A DNA stretch of 64,000 nucleotides. Origin: Anaeramoeba ignava BMAN (lineage: Eukaryota; Protista; Anaeramoebae). Made by a program: the position numbers and the translations under genes. Positions 61,762 to 64,000 of this stretch are shown in pieces (the stretch's first letter is position 1; every line of letters starts with the position of its first letter). The stretch covers positions 1,488,001-1,552,000 of the forward strand of contig JAPDFW010000059.1 of the NCBI GenBank assembly GCA_028826165.1, given 5' to 3'. The notes under the pieces were generated by a model that had not been told where the DNA came from, did not search any database, and worked only from the letters and a program-made list of their open reading frames with translations.

Positions 61762-62034
61762 TTTTATTTTATTATTATTTTTATTATTAGAAAAAAATAA
61801 TGAAAAAAAAAAATGAAAAAAAAAAAATAAATTTTTTTTATTTAAAAAAAGATTAAAAAAAAAATAAAAAGGAGAAAAATTTTTTTTATCAATAATTACG
61901 TGTAACATAATTTTATTTTTTGTTTTATTTCCTTTCATTTTCATTTTTATTTTTTTTCTTCTTTCAAATTTTATTATTATTATTTGAAAATTAATTGACA
62001 GTTATTTGGAATTTTTTTTTAAATTCAAAAACAA

Positions 62035-64000
62035 ATGAATTTAAACAAATCAATCATTTTTTTGGTTTTATTTTTAATTATTTTTGGTTCATTTTGTCAA
62101 TATGATGATATAATTCAAAAATTATCACAAAAAATTTCAGGTTTACAAGTTCAAAAAAGTACAACAATCCATTTCCCTTTTGAATGGGAAAAACAAAAAG
62201 GGATTTATGAGTCTTGGGTTCATTTAAATGCTCATGGAAATATTTTTATGCAAACTATAAGAAATGATGTAAAAAAAAAGCAAAAAAAAAAAGCAAAAAA
62301 AAAAGCAAAAAAATTGATTTGTTTTTTATTATAAAAAAATTTGGAAAAATTTAGTTGAAGTTTTTTGATGATAATTTCTTTGTTACAGCTTGGGTTTGAT
62401 TGATTGTTTTCTTTTATTTTAATTTTAATTAACAAACAAAACATTTTTTTAATTTTTTAATTTTTTAATTATTTTGATTAGATTAATCAAATTCTTTTAG
62501 AAGCAAACAAGGTAAATTTATTAATTTTAATTTTAATTTTAATTTTAATTCTAATTTTAATTCTAATTCTAATTTTAATTCTAATTCTAATTCTAATTTT
62601 AATTTTAATTTTAATTTTAATTATAATTTTAATTTTAATTTTAATTTTAATTCTAATTTTAATTCTAATTCTAATTCTAATTCTAATTCTAATTTTAATT
62701 TTAATTCTAATTCTAATTCTAATTATAATTCTAATTTTAATTTTAATTTTAATTTAAATTTTAATTCCTAATTCTAATTATAATTTTAATTTTAATTTAA
62801 TTCTAATTATAATTTTAATTTTTAATTTTAATTTTAATTTTAATTTTTAATTTTTAATTCTATTTTAATTCTAATTTTAATTTTAATTCTAATTTTAATT
62901 TAATTTTAATTTTAATTTTAATTTTAATTTTTTAAATTTTAAATTTTAATTTTAATTTTAATTTTAATTTTAATTTTAATTCTAATTTTAATTTTAATTC
63001 TAATTCTAATTTAATTTAATTCTAATTCTAAATTTAATTTTAATTTTAATTTTAATTTTTAATTTTAATTTTAATTCTAATTTTTTTAATTTTAATTTTA
63101 AATTTCAAAAAGATTTAATTTTAATGGAGTTTTGGTTGATGATACTTAATTTTAATTTTCCAAATATTTTTGGCCTGAAAGAAGATGGAAAATGGATGAG
63201 TTTCCTATTAATTTTCCAACAGAAGATAATTGGAAATGCAATTCTAATTTTAATTTTTAATTTTAGTTTTTAATTTTAATTTTAATTTTAATTTAATTCT
63301 AATTCTCAATTTAATTAAATTAAATTAAAATTCAAATTAATTAATTATAATTTTAATTTTAATTTTAATTTTAATTTTAATTTTAATTTTAATTTTAATT
63401 TTAATTTTAATTTTAATTTTAATTATAATTTTAATTTTAATTCTAAATTAAATCCAAAAAAAAAGATTGGAAAAATTCAACTTGATAAAGATCAATTACT
63501 TAATGGAGTTTTGGTTGATGATACTTATTTAGATCATAATTCACCTGGAGTTCCAATTATTAATTTTTGGCCTGAAAGACTTGTAGATGGAAAATGGATG
63601 AGTTATCCTATTAATCTAGTTGTTCCAACAGAAGATGAAGAGAGTTTTGGAAATGCAATCCATAAACTTTTAGATTTCTTAGGTTTAGATAGTTTATGGA
63701 AGTATATTGAACCCTATATATCATTTGCATCAGAAGCACTTGCTGCATTTCATATTCCTCCTGTAATTAAATGAAATTAAATTAAATCAAATCAAATTAA
63801 ATTAAATTAAATTAAATTAAATTAATATCCTAAAAAGGATGCTGATGATACTTCAGTTAATCTCGCAATGGGTTGTTTATTATATGAAAACAAAGATAAA
63901 TTTCCTGATGCTTTTAATGCATGGTGGTCTTCTAATAAAAACATTTCTCGTATCATGGATTATATCATTCAATATGCTTATTATCCTTTAATGAATGATA
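62035..64000 (+). CDS. 5' part of a secreted protein with a PPDADDT motif; runs off the window
   Basis: Signal peptide MNLNKSIIFLVLFLIIFGSFC. Exons 62035-62268, 62355-62393, 62482-62511, 63466-63762 and 63838->64000 are all phase 0 and in frame (..FFDDNFFVTAWINQILLEA..NFWP..FHIPPDADDTSVNL). Confidence 0.72.

Noticed and set aside
1-64000. tRNA, rRNA, snRNA genes, telomeric repeats or an alternative genetic code
   Set aside because: I saw no GC-containing structured non-coding segment and no G-rich telomere-type repeat. All reconstructed genes read with the standard code and end in TAA or TGA. A covariance-model scan (tRNAscan-SE, Infernal) would be needed to exclude small AT-rich RNAs.

Overview
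This is an extremely AT-rich, gene-dense, intron-containing eukaryotic window; no prokaryotic operons, CRISPR, rRNA or tRNA were seen. The style (BTB-BACK proteins with a prokaryote-like C-terminal domain, NQ/EN homopeptides, TCATTTT initiator-like motifs, cytosolic MDH) suggests an anaerobic protist, possibly the metamonad Anaeramoeba; this is inference only. By manual splicing I reconstruct 18 protein-coding genes. On the + strand: the 3' part of a PSI-repeat type I surface protein built from a tandem exon-intron array, a bacterial-type RtcB with 3 introns, Rab24, a RhoGAP, an 83-aa membrane microprotein missing from the ORF track, SART3/Prp24, a BTB-BACK protein, a giant CH + tandem PH-like protein, TBC1D5 and the 5' part of a secreted DxDD-motif protein. 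On the - strand: Vps53, a Clog1/AT3G12590-like protein, two tandem START paralogues, TMEM209, cytosolic MDH, Mps1 and a dihydropyrimidine dehydrogenase (DPD). Most (IL)n/(IK)n/(NF)n ORFs in the track are intronic or intergenic microsatellites. The best leads are: (1) a DPD with a duplicated C-terminal ferredoxin module plus eroded NADPH-phosphate and substrate-loop residues, possibly a redox-rewired enzyme; (2) very degenerate splice signals, with frequent AAG acceptors, often no pyrimidine tract, and +3A/+5G compensation; (3) the homogenised all-phase-2 PSI exon array; (4) an intronised, probably laterally acquired RtcB; (5) a recurrent non-coding TTCCACTTTTT element. Several single-base frameshifts look like long-read assembly errors.
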